From Guillardia theta CCMP2712 (taxonomy: Eukaryota > Protista > Cryptophyta), in the NCBI RefSeq assembly GCF_000315625.1, contig NW_005434533.1, positions 93,821 through 157,820 of the forward strand: a DNA stretch of 64,000 nt, read 5' to 3'. The translations under genes and the position numbers were made by a program. A model generated the notes under the pieces. It ran no database searches and had not been told where the DNA came from. It was given only the letters and a program-made list of their open reading frames with translations. This document shows, one piece after another, positions 39,969 to 56,356 of the stretch (position 1 is the stretch's first letter; every line of letters begins with the position of its first letter).

Positions 39969-42796
39969 ATGCTGGGTCGCGGCGGAGCAGCGGGATGGCC
40001 AGCGTTGGCGCTGGTTGCGATGGCAATGGTGGCGTGTGTGCAGGCAGAAGAAGTCCTCACTCTCACAGAGTCGAACTTCGATGAAGCTGTAAGCTCATCC
40101 TGATCCTGCTGAGTCTTGTGGAGAGTTTCCCTCCCCAAAGTCGATACTCTTTGTTTTCACTTCCTCCTTGAACGGGAGGAAATGCATTGTTGATATGATT
40201 TTCTTCCCACCAGCATGTTCGTACTTCCACTAGACAGCCCTCCTCCATGGATGCTTTCCATTTCTAGGATGCCTGACACTCATTTAAGGTCAAGAAACAT
40301 AGCTTCATGGTTGTTGAATTCTACGCTCCATGGTGAGTTTCATCGGGCTGCTCAAGGTAGCATGGTTTGACTTGTCCTTCTGCAGGTGCGGACACTGCAA
40401 GTCGCTGGCCCCTGAATATGAGAAGGTAAGAGCATTCACTGCTCCTGCTGTCGGTGGCAGCTGTTCTTGTCGTGACGTTCCATCGCAAACACCTTGTGGG
40501 CACGCACCATTGCGCTGAGATGCATGAGATTCCTGATCGCTCATGTCAACGTTGCATTACTGTTCCTTCACATGTTACCCTCTCAATCGAACAAGGAGCT
40601 CGCGCTCAGTGTGGACGCTGATGCTGCTTCTCTCAGGCTGCCGTCGCCCTCAAGGGAGACAAGTCTGCCGGGCAGGAGATCATTCTTGCCAAGGTCGACG
40701 CCACCGTTGAGAGGTGGACGAGCTAGCGCATGCTCAGGAGGCAGAGCCTGACAGCAGCATGCAGGAACTTGGCGGAGAAGTACGGCATCGGAGGCTTTCC
40801 TACCCTGAAGATCTTCGAGAACCATGACGCCGCCGCTCCTTCAGAATACGCTGGGCCCAGAGATGCGACGGGCATTGTCAGTTTCTTGAAGAAGCGAGCA
40901 GGACCAGCATCGCTGGAGGTCACAAGCGATGCACAGGCCAAGGAGCTCAAGGTAGCCTCTGCCCTTCCTCTCTCGCTTTGTGTTGATGGTTGGGAGCAGG
41001 AGAAGAACTCTGTTATCGTTGTCAACACCGGAAAGGCAGACAGCACGTGGACGTCGATCGCTAACTCCATGCGGGATGCAGTGCTCTGGGTTCACACGTC
41101 CAACAAGCAGGCTATGAGCGCGTTCGGCGTGAAGAGTGGGACGATCACGATGCTGAAGACCTTCGATGAGAAGACTGTGACTTACTCCGGGTCGCTCACC
41201 GATGCCAAGAAGATCAAGGACTTTGTGAACGAGCACAGGGTTGAGATCGGCCTGTTCGTGAAGAAGGGAGACCAGGGAGCCCTCAAGATTGTGTTCGAGG
41301 ACGAGAACAAGCCCAACGTGTTCCTCTTCACCAACGATGACAAGGCCGGGCTTGACGCCCTCAAGGCTGTTGGCAAGAGCCACCGCAAGGACATGGTCTT
41401 TGCTTACTTCGTCGCTTCCGACTTCCCCGAGGCGTTCTCCCACTTCAGCATGGAGAAGTTCGTCGACTCCTCCTTGCCCAAGGTTCTGATCGAGGACAGA
41501 AAGGAAGGACTCCGCTATCTCATGCAGGAGGCCGTATCTCAGACCAGCCTGCAGAAGTTTGTCCAGGGCTACAAGGCCAAGACTATCGAGCCCTACCTCA
41601 AGTCGGAGGAGGCGCCGGCCGACAACTCCGGGCCCGTCAAGGTCATCGTGGGCAACACGTACGAGGCTGATGTGCTCAAGAGCCAAAAGTGGGTCTTCCT
41701 TGAGGCGTACGCGCCATGGTGCGGCCACTGCAAGCGCCTGGAGCCCATCTGGACTGAACTCGGCAAGGCGTTCAACAAGTGAGGATGGAGGATGAGGATG
41801 GAGGAAGGGGGGCGGGGGGGAGAAGGATGGTGTATGGATGTGGAGACAGGGAGGTTGGAAGCAGCGTCAAGGGCGCGAGGTGGGGAAGTAGATCACTGAT
41901 GACAGTCTGGGAGCAGGGAGGATGTGATCATTGCCAAGGTTGACGCAACTGCCAATGACCTTCCTAAGTCACTCAACATTAAGGTTTTTGCCCCTTCTCC
42001 TCCATTTCTTCTCGCTGAAGCTACAGTAGGGCTTTCCTACCCTGATGCTCTTCAAGGGAGACGGGTCACTCCCTGAGATGTACAGCGGTAAGTTGCTTTG
42101 AGGAATAGGAAGGGGGGGGGGGGGTGCTGGTTAGATCGCATGCGCAGCGTTGGGGATGTGGCGAAGTCGGAGGGGTCGGAGGAGACGGAAGAGGCGGAGG
42201 GGAGGAAGAAGATTTAACCGGCTTCAACAGGAGGAAGAGAGTTCAATGATCTGGCAAGCTTCGTGACCTCCAAGACTGGAGCCAAGGCATGAGCCTCTTG
42301 CGCTCGCGTCGTTTGCTGACTTCCTTGTTGTAGATGAAGGAGGGATTCAAGCCTTCCGTCACAGAGCAGGGCAGCTCAGAGACCACAGAAAAGAAGATCC
42401 TCCGCTTCATGGCTACCCAGTTCCAGGTATGTTCCCCTCCTCCCTCCTCCCCTCCCTCTCTCCCTCCGTCCGCTTTTCTGTACTCCCGGGCCCCTCCGTT
42501 CAGAACCGCTGGTCTGAATGACTTCTCCTTCCCCCTTGTCTGCTCTAGTGCTCAACCTAACCTCGCCTTCAGCTCCCTCTCATGGGCCCTGAGTACACCG
42601 TGAGCGGCCTCTGGCTTGCAGCCATGGTGGTCTTCCTCCTCTTCATTGCCTCCGTGTCCCTCGTTATCGCCTGCATCTCCAAGGATCCAAGCCCCAAGGC
42701 CGCGGTAAACTCCCACTTCTCCCTCCCCCTCTCCCTGGCCATGTTGCTTTTCCTAACATCAGTGATAATCTGCAGGGTAACAAGAAGACCGACTAA
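39969..42796 (+). CDS. PDI: Protein disulfide isomerase (a-b-b'-a') with C-terminal TM and KKxx
   Basis: Signal peptide; FYAPW|CGHCK, AKVDAT, GFPTLK; second YAPWCGHCK; TM GLWLAAMVVFLLFIASVSLVIACI; ends GNKKTD*. Confidence 0.92.
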
Positions 42797-42939
42797 GACG
42801 AGCACGAGAAAATATTTTATTGAGTAGAATTGAGTTGCGTTAGAACTTTAAACATGCTGGAGGGATCACAGTGAACTTGTGAGAGTGTGCCGGAGGCTCC
42901 TAGACACGATCCCTGCCCTTCCTCCTTCTTTCTCTGCAT

Positions 42940-44709
42940 TCACGCGAAGTGAGTCTTATCGTCCCAGTTGTCCGTCTCCAGCAGGGGCTTGCGGTAAGGT
43001 CCCATGAAGTCATGGTCAATAGTAGACTCGCCCAGCTCTCCCTGCTCACTGACGTCAGTGCGAGGAGGGGAGGAGGTGGGAGAAGCAGACTGGGAGGCTT
43101 CAGGGGCAGGAGGGCAACGAGGAAAAGGAGGGAGTAATCATCAGCAAACGCAGCACCTTGAGGTGGATCCCAGTGATTTGCTGCGAGACAAGCGACCCGA
43201 CTGCAGGAGCAAGCTTGAAGCCGTGCCCTGGACGACTGACGTCAGCAGTGGAGAAAAGAGAGGGAGGGAGAACAGGAGTAAAGGAGCAATTTTGCTATGG
43301 CAAGAGGTTGAGAGTGAAGGCAAGGACAAAGACCTGAGAATCCGTTGCATGCCCACAAGCCCTTCACTTTGGTCTGACCGATCATGGGATGGACGTCATC
43401 CTACATAATCGTCAGTACGAGCGCAAGGACATATTGAGCGCGATTCACCTGGTTCACGGTGTACATGCTCGAGAACCCGACGATGCTTCCGGAGGTAGGG
43501 AGGCCGGGAAGGCGGTGGAAGACGGCGTTCAAGTACTCCTGTAGAGCAAGTTAGGAACCAGCCAGCCTCTCCACCACTTGAAATCACCTGCTTGAAGTCC
43601 GGATCGAGGTTCTGGTTGTAGTCGTCGGGATCAACAATCTCTGACTCGAATCTGAGGTGATCTGGTAAGAAATATTCTTGCCAGCACTGAGCAAGTGCGA
43701 TCTCTTACCTGTGATCGACGGAGCCGAACACGAGCTGGTTGTTTGCTCTACGTGGCATGAAGTAGATCCCAGACGCTCCCCAGGTGTCCGCAGTGAAGGG
43801 AAGATCGCAGTACTCGTCAGGGATCCACTTGTGACCCACCTGGATGCGGGTGGGAAGGGCGCTGGTCGAGAGCTTGATGTCGACGGTGTCATTCAACTTG
43901 TTGAACCAGGGTCCAGCCGCGTTCACAACCACAGGCGTATCGATCACCGCGCCTCCCACAAGCTGCACTCCTGTGAGCTCGGCTCCGTCTCCCTTCTGTC
44001 CGTTCTTGGTCAACAGAGTGTCGACCTTCTGCTTGAACCTGACATCCGCTCCAACCCTTTTCGCCGCAGCGAGAACATCCAGCAGGCAGGTGGAGGAGTC
44101 CAGGTGGCCACATCCATGCTCATACAGCACGGAGAACGGCCCAAGGTTCTGATCGACCTCGTTTCCTTCCTCGTCGAACTTCGGGAATGGCTCCGGGTTC
44201 ATGAGGGGGAACTTCTTGCGGAATTCGGCTTCATCGAGAACGTCAGAGTCGACTCCAATCTTCTTCAGCCTCCCCTGCATCATCTGATTGAAATCCTTTG
44301 GCTTCCCAAGCATCCACAACGCGCCAGTTTCAGTGAAGTACGCCTGGGCCTCAGGGTCTCTCAAGTACTCCTTCCAGTTCTTGTAAGCAGTGGTTCCAGA
44401 CAGGGCCAGCTGCATGGTCGGATCGAAGCTGTAGAAGGCACGCTGGAATCCGGTGGAATAACCTGAGGAGCCGAACCCGACAGCTGCCGCTTGCTCGAGC
44501 ACAATAACCTTGAGGTTCTCAGCCCTGCGCTTGAGCTGGTAGGCGATGTTGAGACCCATGATACCTCCTCCAACAATCACAACATCGGCTGTCTCCTTGG
44601 AACTCATCCACCTTGCTCTTCCCGCCTCCTTCAACAGCCTCCCTCTCTTTCCTCCTCCTCTTGCCATCGCCCGCATGCCATGCGCCGCAGCACTAAGCCA
44701 CCCCTGCAT
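42940..44709 (-). CDS. FAD-dependent oxidoreductase, sarcosine oxidase beta/DAO family, likely mitochondrial
   Basis: R/A-rich presequence; DVVIVGGGIMG, GSSGYSTG, VVNAAGPW, ACNGFSGHGFKLAPAVG; ends KTHFA*. Confidence 0.88.
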
Positions 44710-44742
44710 TGTTGACCGTGACCACACCCCGACACCCACCCC

Positions 44743-44752
44743 CTATTTATAG
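44743..44752 (-). promoter_or_regulatory. Candidate TATA box
   Basis: CTATAAATAG on the minus strand ~35 nt upstream of ATG 44709. Confidence 0.35.
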
Positions 44753-46296
44753 ACTCCAAATACACCCCACCCATCAAATGACCAATGCCACATGTCATCA
44801 AGGTGGGGTACCTACCACTACCCCTGCTCGGCGAGAATGGGGATACCACCCCTCCTTTGATAGAGCGCCCCTTTTCTTCTGCTCTTGCTTCACCACCATA
44901 TTGACTACCCCTACCCTACCCATTTCTCAAAATACCCCTCAAAAGACAGCCTCAACGAGGGGTAACTGATACACCCTACCCCATTTTTCAGCAAACCATC
45001 AGTTCCTTGTCTTTTGTAACCCATGATCTACCCCTACCCATTGTTTCCAACAAAGAGCAGGTACCCCACCTTTGAATCTCATACCCCTCTTCTTCGTTCA
45101 GGACCCATAAAATTTCATACCAAAGTACCCACTCATGAAGAATATTAGACTACCCTCACCCCCTTGCAAAGAAAATTCGCCTTTTTATACCCACCCTTTC
45201 GGATCATTTCGATTACCCACCCCGCAACCCTGCAAAGTCCCTGCACGCCACCACCCCCCAGTATATTCAACTTTGTTTGTAACCCACCTTGGTCAGACAA
45301 CAAACGGATTCAGTAAAAGGGACGGGTCACTCTCCTGTAAGTCTAGTACCCACCCACCCTCACAAATTCTGCTGTCCTTGCATGGCACGTGTTCCATTCG
45401 TAGTCAGTAGATCGTGAAGATATTTTGTCCTTGTACTTTCATATGATGTCTATCTGAGGCGGATTGGAAAAACTTACCCGTGTAAAGTGCACTGGTCAAA
45501 TGCTATTGGTCAAAATGGTTCAAATCATGGTCAAATTATGATCCGATGGTTTCTTCAGTTCAGTGCCATCTCGGACCAGTCAGGGCCCGGGAAAGCGAAA
45601 TCCGATCGGACTCCGGGTCACGGCCAGGCCCCCGCCGGCGGGCCAACTAAAAAGCCCGCCTCAATGTCGTGAGGGGGCAGAAGATTCAACATAGAAAAAC
45701 ATGCGAGCGGGAAGAGGACAGCAGTTCTAAATGCGCACGAAGAGACGAGGAATGCACTTTGTACAGAAATGAACAAGGATGACAGGAGGAAGATGGAGAG
45801 ATGGAGCAGAGGAAAAGGGAAGGCAAATGATGAGATGCTTTGGAGGGAGAGGAGTTGGCGATAAGCGGAAGACGGGTTGGGATCAGGAAGAATGAAGAGG
45901 AGATAGGTTGTTGTCAAGTTTAGATGGAACGAAAGGTAGGGCAAGCATTAGGAGGAAGATAGCAAAGGGACAGGTAAAGGAAGATGAATAGACAGTCGCA
46001 CAATCATATCAGTGACGGATCGAGGCATCAAAGGGATGACAAGGCGACTAAAGGAGGAAGGGGTATAAGATTCGATAGAGTCTTTCGTGGAGGACAAGTC
46101 TTTCCCACACTCTCACTCCCTTTTTTCTGTTTTCGCTCATTGCTGATATACTCATTTTTACTCAAGGCCTACTTCGAATACATTCATTCGGCGTGTTCCT
46201 CGAGATTCACCATCAAATAGAGCGTAGCAGCAGCTGCTGATCCAAAGGACAGCTTACCCTGTATTGCGGCGAAATCCGGATCTCTCTTTGTTGATC

Positions 46297-47390
46297 ATGG
46301 TCGTTCAACTGTATCACAAGCATCCAAGGCAGCGGAATGCTGCGGCCAAACACGAGGACGGAGTGGATGAAAATGATGACTGGCCCTCATCCTCCTCCTT
46401 TGACGGCGGGCTACAGTCAGCGATGCAGCAGAGACTGGTGGGAGTTTCAAGGCGATGGAAAGTCCGCAATCATGGAGCCTGGGAGCCTTCAACGAACATC
46501 TCGACAGAAACGTTCAATGATGACTACTTCCGCAGAGTGAGGGAGGAGAATCGCCGCACCCTGGACAAGCTCAGGTCCAGTCACGCTCAGCACCTGGAGC
46601 AGGCGCACCAACTTCTACTGCGGGGCGACGCCATGACGACGGAGTTGGACAGGGTGGAGCTGACACTCCGCCTGCTGCCAAAGCTCAGCTTCTCTAATCA
46701 GCACGAGGCTGCTGATGGTCCCTCCATCCGCCCTCACAGCTGGGCCAACAACCGGTGGAGGAGCGAGGATGGGGAAGGACATGTGCATGCGGCAGGCAAT
46801 GGTGGCAAGACCGCCATGCGACATTCAGATGGACTGATGAGCAGCAGAGCGTATGCCGAAGTCTCTGCATCAAGCACGGAGAAGGAGGAAGGGAAGAAAG
46901 ACTACGGCCTCTTCAGCGGAAGGATCGGCGAGGTGAGGAACCGCTCAACCGGGAAGAACGGCGGGACGAACGGCGGGACGAATGTCGCGTGCTCGGGAGG
47001 AGAGAGCTGGAAGGAGCAAGGGACGATGTCGGCAGGTCTGTTGGAGATGAGAAAGCTGGAAGGTGTGACTCTGACATTCATGGCATCGGCAGCTGTTGCT
47101 CCTCGGTCAAGAGACAGGTCAGTAGGTACCCCTAGCCCACACACTTGTGATTCCTTTGCTGTGTCAGGATCGTTGGGCCCGAGGACGTGGTCAAAGACTT
47201 TCACGAGAGGAAGTCCAAGGCCCTTGAGCTGATCTGGAGGCACTCGGGAGAGGAGGGGATGAGGAGGAGGGGCGAGTTTTGGGTGGAAGGGTTGGATAGA
47301 GTCATCGACGAAGTGCAGAGGAGGAGTGAGAATCGCAGGGAAGACAACGACAGGATGAAGCATGCGACGCTCTCCTCCTTTGTAGTCTAG
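46297..47390 (+). CDS. Hypothetical protein (two exons)
   Basis: Long open exon, then intron AG|gtcagt...tcag|G joining in frame to IVGPEDVVKDFHERK...SSFVV*. Confidence 0.55.
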
Positions 47391-47802
47391 CTGGATCACC
47401 GGCATGCTCTTAACGAGACGGCACGCATGATGCAAGGATACTGTTTCGAATGGATTTTTCTTTCCCACATCTCTCCTCCTTGCCGTCGTCATTTTTCCCT
47501 TCCGCTCACTCATTCTCTGCCCCTCTGTCACTCAAGCATCCTTCATCTTGCTCCTCGCTACCGCCCTCTCCCTGCCCCGCCCATCCCTCCCTTCCCCCCT
47601 CCCCTCGGAAGCTCTCCCGTCCTTATCCCTCAGCTCTTTTCATATATTTGCATAAAGCCCGCTCCCTTGCCCTCGTTGCAATCCCCCTCCCCTCCCCTAC
47701 CTTCCCCCCCCCGCCCCACCCGCCCCCGGTCTCCCTCCACCCCCGCCGTCCTTCCCGCTCGCTTCACACCACAGGCCAGTACTCCTCGCCTCCCTTGCCA
47801 GC

Positions 47803-48990
47803 ATGTCGGAAGCGCAGATGAAGTTCTTGGAGGAGAGGAGGAGGCAGCGAGCTAGCGAGAGTCAGCAGACGTCCAACGGCTCTGCTCCAGACGATGGCGC
47901 AGGGCAACCTCAGCGGTACACCGGCTACGGGTCGTTCGGGGCACAGGAGGAGGCGCTGCCTGTGGTCAAGACGGAGGATGTGTGGCGATGGAAGAGCGGG
48001 GAGGGGAGGCTGGGAACCTACTTCGTCGCGCACCATCAACCCACAGGCGCGACTGTCGAGCTCTTGCAAGGTCCGTGATTGACCACTTGCGGCAACATGC
48101 TGATCAGCGTCCTCTTGCTCCTCACAGACATGGTTGGAGGCTTCTCCTTCCAGCGCGTCAGGGGGAGTCAGGTAGAGGGAGGAAGAGGAGGGGGAGGAGA
48201 TGGGGTGGGGGAGGAGACCCTGTTTGATGTTCGATTATAGATCAAGTACTGTACTCCTCTCGGAAGCATCCAGGATGAAGACTCTCCCTTCGCTCCTGCT
48301 GTCATGCAGTCACTTGCCAACGTTGTCCCTTGTTGCGACACGAAAGCTGCTGACATGTGCACGTAGGGAGGAGGAGCGAAGCTGGTGGCAGGAACGGACA
48401 CAGGAGCATGGGGGAAGCTCAAGGTATGACCTGTTCCTGCATGGAGATGGGGAAATTGTCGCACTGCTCACTTGAGGATCATTACAGGAAGCGAAGCACA
48501 ACCTCGTCTTGAATGCAAAAGTTCAGGAGAGTGACCGCAAATGTCGCTACATGTGCATCTAACGATATCTCTCTCTTCCCCCCCCCCCCCCCTCCCCCTT
48601 CTTCTTATTTCGATGGTTTCCGAACTCTCTCCTGCTCCCAACTCTCTCGCCGGTCTCCCCTCCTGCACACGACTTGCATTTCTTCATTCTCCCGACTCTG
48701 CCTCACACATTTAATTCCTCTGTCTCTCGTTGCCACTTCTTCTATACAGGAGCGGTCGGGAGAAGAAAGTGCGGAGCTACACTTCACTGTGGATGGGTTT
48801 ATCTTCAAATCTGTGATCATCCTCATCAACTCGCTTTCAGTCACTGAAGGTGCTCGTGGTTAGGCTTCAGGTGCAAAGAACGTGCTGGTCAAACAAGGAG
48901 AATTCTCCGTAATCAACCTTGATGAGGTGAGAGTATCTGTGTATGCGACATTGCCGATGACCCTCTCCCAGTTCCATCGTTTGATACGAT
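47803..48990 (+). CDS. Hypothetical multi-exon protein
   Basis: MSEAQMKFLEERRRQ... first exon followed by several GT-AG-bounded open segments; no homology recognised. Confidence 0.5.
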
Positions 48991-49255
48991 AATCACAAAC
49001 CATTCATCATCAGATGTTTCATTTCCATTCTACATCCACCTCCTCCATCCGCATTGCAGGTTGTGAGAATTTTGCTTGCATCAGAAGCACATGAAACAAA
49101 TCAAAACCCCTGATTTTTTACACAAACTGTTGTAGAAGAAATGAAGACAACATCGTGATAAATTTGATGGTTCAATAAGAAAGGATGTAGAAACGCCAAG
49201 ACCACGTTCCATCACTTCTACAGTCGACAACGAAAACAGAGAAGCCGACAGGGAC

Positions 49256-49516
49256 TTAATCATCTTCCTTCTTGGGAGGTTTGCCGCAAGGAGAGAGCAT
49301 CTTCTGCAAGTACTGGTACTTCAAACGCCCGATACTCTCGTTCTCCGCCACTGAGTTGTACGCTAGCAGGGAGTAATGCCCAATGTACGCGGCATACGTG
49401 TCCCGGTGTTGGTTCACCGCCCATTCCCACTTTGAAGTATCGGCATGGCCAGTGCCGACATATTTCATCTGCAGGTGCTCCTGCTGACTGTAGACTGACT
49501 TGGCATCGGAGGACAT
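49256..49516 (-). CDS. SF3B5: Splicing factor 3B subunit 5 (SF3b10)
   Basis: EHLQMKYVGTGHADTSKWEWAVNQHRDT...IGH...ENESIGR...MLSPCG. Confidence 0.96.
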   Translation of the reverse strand: MSSDAKSVYSQQEHLQMKYVGTGHADTSKWEWAVNQHRDTYAAYIGHYSLLAYNSVAENESIGRLKYQYLQKMLSPCGKPPKKEDD

Positions 49517-50244
49517 CTTTGGAAATAAAGTTTGACCGCGACTGAGTTAGAAGAGAAGTGTATCTGATTGGACCTTGATCTGTGTTTATCTGCTCTGCAC
49601 TCTGCAACCCCCTTCTTCTTTCTATGTCGTCCTGTTCCTGTACTGCCGATGCACTTTGATCCTCGTGCTCGTCCTCGTGCTCGTGCTCGTCTTCTCGTAC
49701 CTCCTCTACCTCCTGTACCTCTTCCTCTTCCTCTCCCGCGCGCGCACCTATATAAATATGTATCCTTATAAATAATTTTATTGTGATTTTTGTATAGCAT
49801 TTAATTTTTTGTAGTACTACAAAATATTTGGTTTATACAAATTATAAAAACAATATTTTATTATTGAGCCGGCTCAGTAATTTAATCGTAGTGTTACTAA
49901 AACCATTCATAGTATCAATTTTATATCTCTGGAAGGTTTCAAACCAGTGAACGGTTTCAACCGAGACGCCCGGGCCGGGGCGTGTAAACCGTTCACGGTT
50001 GAACTGAGAACCACCTGGCCCGGGCCGGGCCCGTCACACTTGGCCGGGCTCAAGTTTTCAAACAGTTCGGAGCCGCGAAGTTCGGAGGTTCTCAGAACTT
50101 CACATGAGTGGCCGGGAACCATGGTCGATCCTGGCACCTACTCAGTCACTGACGGTCATCCGAGCCTTGGATCTTTACTTGGAGGCTGGTAGTACGCTCT
50201 TTAAACCCTTCCTGAAGGCTAGTATGGTACGACTTTAGGCTAGG

Positions 50245-53338
<3,094 letters not shown>

Positions 53339-53652
53339 GCCATCTGCAGATAACGAGCAGTATCCGTGAAAGTATCCGTAGCAGTATCCATGCCAAACCG
53401 CCTCATGAGACTCAGACTCAGATGCAGTGCCATGATCCCGGCGGGCCGCCGGGCCGCCGGCCTCAGTACGGTACGGTACGGTACGGTCACCCGGCCCCGG
53501 GCCCGGGAGTCAGACCTTAAAAGTCCATGTGCTCCTAACTTCCTTTGAAAACGAGCCTCCTGGCAGCGGATGAAACCACCGTGACCGGAGGGCTCCTCAT
53601 TCCATCTGCATCGATTTCCAACATCCCGGAGTCCTGCCTACTATCATAGTAG

Positions 53653-53834
53653 CCTACTTTTACTCAAAGTTAAGTTAAAGATCAGTACGAGGACAATCAG
53701 GAGAGTCGAGGAGGCTCATAGTAGCCTGTAACAATTGATCGGACTCAGCCTTGCATTAAGCCGCCACTTGTCACCTCCTCGACTCTCCTGATTGTCCTCG
53801 TACTGATCTTTAACTTAACTTTGAGTAAAGTAGG
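53653..53834. repeat. Near-perfect ~61 bp inverted repeat with ~59 nt spacer (MITE-like / hairpin)
   Basis: cctacttttactcaaagttaagttaaagatcagtacgaggacaatcaggagagtcgaggagg vs its reverse complement at 53774-53834, one T indel. Confidence 0.93.
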
Positions 53835-53972
53835 TCACCCCGACAGTTGCGAGCTCTTACTTGATGGGCCGGGAAGAGGCCCGGGGGAGGGGTCCTACTG
53901 GTTGTGATGGATTCTGTGGGGTGGTGGGGGTGAAGTTGAAGGGTAGGTCCTACTGCATATCTCATAGCGAAA

Positions 53973-56356
53973 ATGCGAGGGTCGGACTTGGCGCTGATGC
54001 CATCATACAGCAGGTAAGGAGAGGAAGAGAGGAGGAGAGGAGGAGAGGAGGAGAGGAGGAGAGGAGGAGAGGAGGAGAGGAGGAGAGGAGGAGAGAGCGA
54101 GCAGGTTGCAAGACTGTCGAGCCTCGGATACCAGAAGAGATGGCCATCTCTTCTCCCCAATGTGGAGCGGGAAACTTAGGCCCGACAATGCAGGATCCAG
54201 TCAGTTGTATCGTGATGAGGATTGAAACTGCCATAGCAGACAGGCAAACTTTTGGGTGTTTGGCCAGACGGTGTTGAGAATGTTTCGTTAGAGGAGATGG
54301 TAGACATGCTCTCAACTGCAACCTCAAACTGCAAGATGTCAGGATGTAGAGACACTGATCTCTGCACGCAACTATCGCAGATCTCGTCGAACTCCCGCTG
54401 CTGAAGTTCACTTTGCAAACTTTGCCATTGAGAAGCTTGAAAGTACATTCACTTCTCACGCGGCTGGTGATGTTCCGGATTTCCATGTGCTCCCCTGATC
54501 AACATGTCAACAGAAGGAGAGTCAAGAAGGATCGAAGAGCCAGCCTCCTCGCATCCGTCCTCTGCATCTACCAAGGAAGCTAGGGAGGTTCCTCTCTACT
54601 CATCTCCAAGGAGGAAGAGCAAGACAGACGGCTCAGGGTACGAGCGCAGGCTGCGCGTGCCATCAGTGATGTACGAGAACTTTGTAGGCGGGGCAACGGG
54701 CTCACGATCAACAAGGAGAGCATCCTGAAGCTGGAAGTCAACAAGGGCGACACAGTGAAATTTGTATCGCAGCTCTTCTGATTCGTGAGCAGCACTGACA
54801 TGACCTGCAGTTGGAGCACATCTCAAGTGAGCTCGGAGACGCCGGGTACTTCCATCCTGCCGCATCATGAGCAGAGACATGCTCTCCGGTGGACCTCTCA
54901 CTCCTTCCTGCAGCATCATCAAGAGCAAGAGGAGGAGTTTCCCCTCGAGGACGAAGCGAAACACGTCTCCCCGATCGAGGAGCTCACGTTCATCTGCTCA
55001 TGTGCGGATCGTTGCTTGCTCCCTACCCCAGCGTTTGATCGCCTCGCAGACTAGGAGAGCAGTCTCCACAGCCCTCAGCTCCCTCCTCCCTACAGATCCC
55101 TCCCGATCCTTCCCAGCTCTTTCTCCTCAGCATCCAACTGGTGGACAGTCGGTTGGTTCATCCTTCTGCTCTGCTCTACCCTCCCCTGGTCCCCTCCCCT
55201 CACCTCTCCCCTCCTCTCCCCTCATTGCAACATCGCTGTGAACTCTGTACCCAGCAGGTCCCATCCAATCAGCCACACCCCTCCCCTTCCTCATGGGTGA
55301 TCCTCTCCTCTTCTCCTATAACTCCTCATATCCCTGGCAACGGCAGGGGCTGGTCGACAGCTTCCTCTTGTCAAAGCCCAACATTGAAAAGCAGCTTCAG
55401 GTGCAGGGACATGTTTTGAAAGCAAACTCGCTTCTAACTTTCACGCTCACATCAGTTGCTCGACGGCAATCACACGAACTCCCCGGGTGCATGCCTTGGT
55501 TCACAACCTCCGACCCATGACGTGGCTGGGCAGGTTCGCAATCCTGGGACACGGCCGACAACTCCAAGGCGTCTAGCCCAGTCATGTCTGACATGTAAAG
55601 CAAGCGCTTGCAACACGAAGTGAACTGAGTTGCGACCCTCCAGTCCCAGGTACGACGAAGCCAGGCTAAAGCTTGACAGGGAGGTCGAGCAGTACAACGG
55701 CAGCGATGACCTCTACGAGACTGCTCTGCAGGCGTATAGGATCGACCACCTCATCAGTCGTGCCTCCAACCCCATGCTCATTACCAAGTGCCACTTCTAC
55801 TTCCCCGCGAGGTTCGGCATCTGAACGAGGCCTCGTGCTTGTGACTCGAGGTGGCAGGAAGTCCGGGCAAGAGACTCTGCTGCAGCCCTCCAAGAGCGAG
55901 CAAGGCAAGGGAGAGCAGCAGCAGGCAAAGAGCAGAGGACCGTCCAGGCTCGAGGACCAGGGGGAGCTGCCGAATCTCAAAGAGCTGTACCAGCAGGCCA
56001 CCACCATCTATCGAGCAGATCAAGCTCTGACCCGCACCAGCTCGAACCCCCTCAAGATCTTTCCTCTCTCCAAGTTCCCTGCGAGGGGCAGCAACACATC
56101 CCCCTTCATGGCTGGCGAGGTCCCGCAGGAGGAGGCCGCCCAGGGCAAGGGCAGGGTCAGTCCCAAGAAAGTCCGGAGGCAGTTCAAGACTGGGAGGGCC
56201 CGGTCGAGGACGGCAGAGAGGAGCCTGTCTCGCGGCCTCCCGCTGTCCCCCCGGTCATCAAGTCCGCAGGAGCACTTCAAAATCAAGGACTGGGGCCGAG
56301 GAGGAGACTTGTTGATGCTGGGAAAGAACGTCCTGATGCTACCCAGCCAGCCATAG
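53973..56356 (+). CDS. Hypothetical multi-exon protein (5' end uncertain)
   Basis: Donor CAG|GTAAGG at ~54012; later exons YDEARLKLDREVEQY...HFYFPAR|KSGQETLL...MLPSQP* join in frame. Confidence 0.5.

Noticed and set aside
53962-54486. Minus-strand ORF with a faint FERM/ubiquitin-like start
   Set aside because: Runs into a simple repeat; splice signals here favour a plus-strand gene
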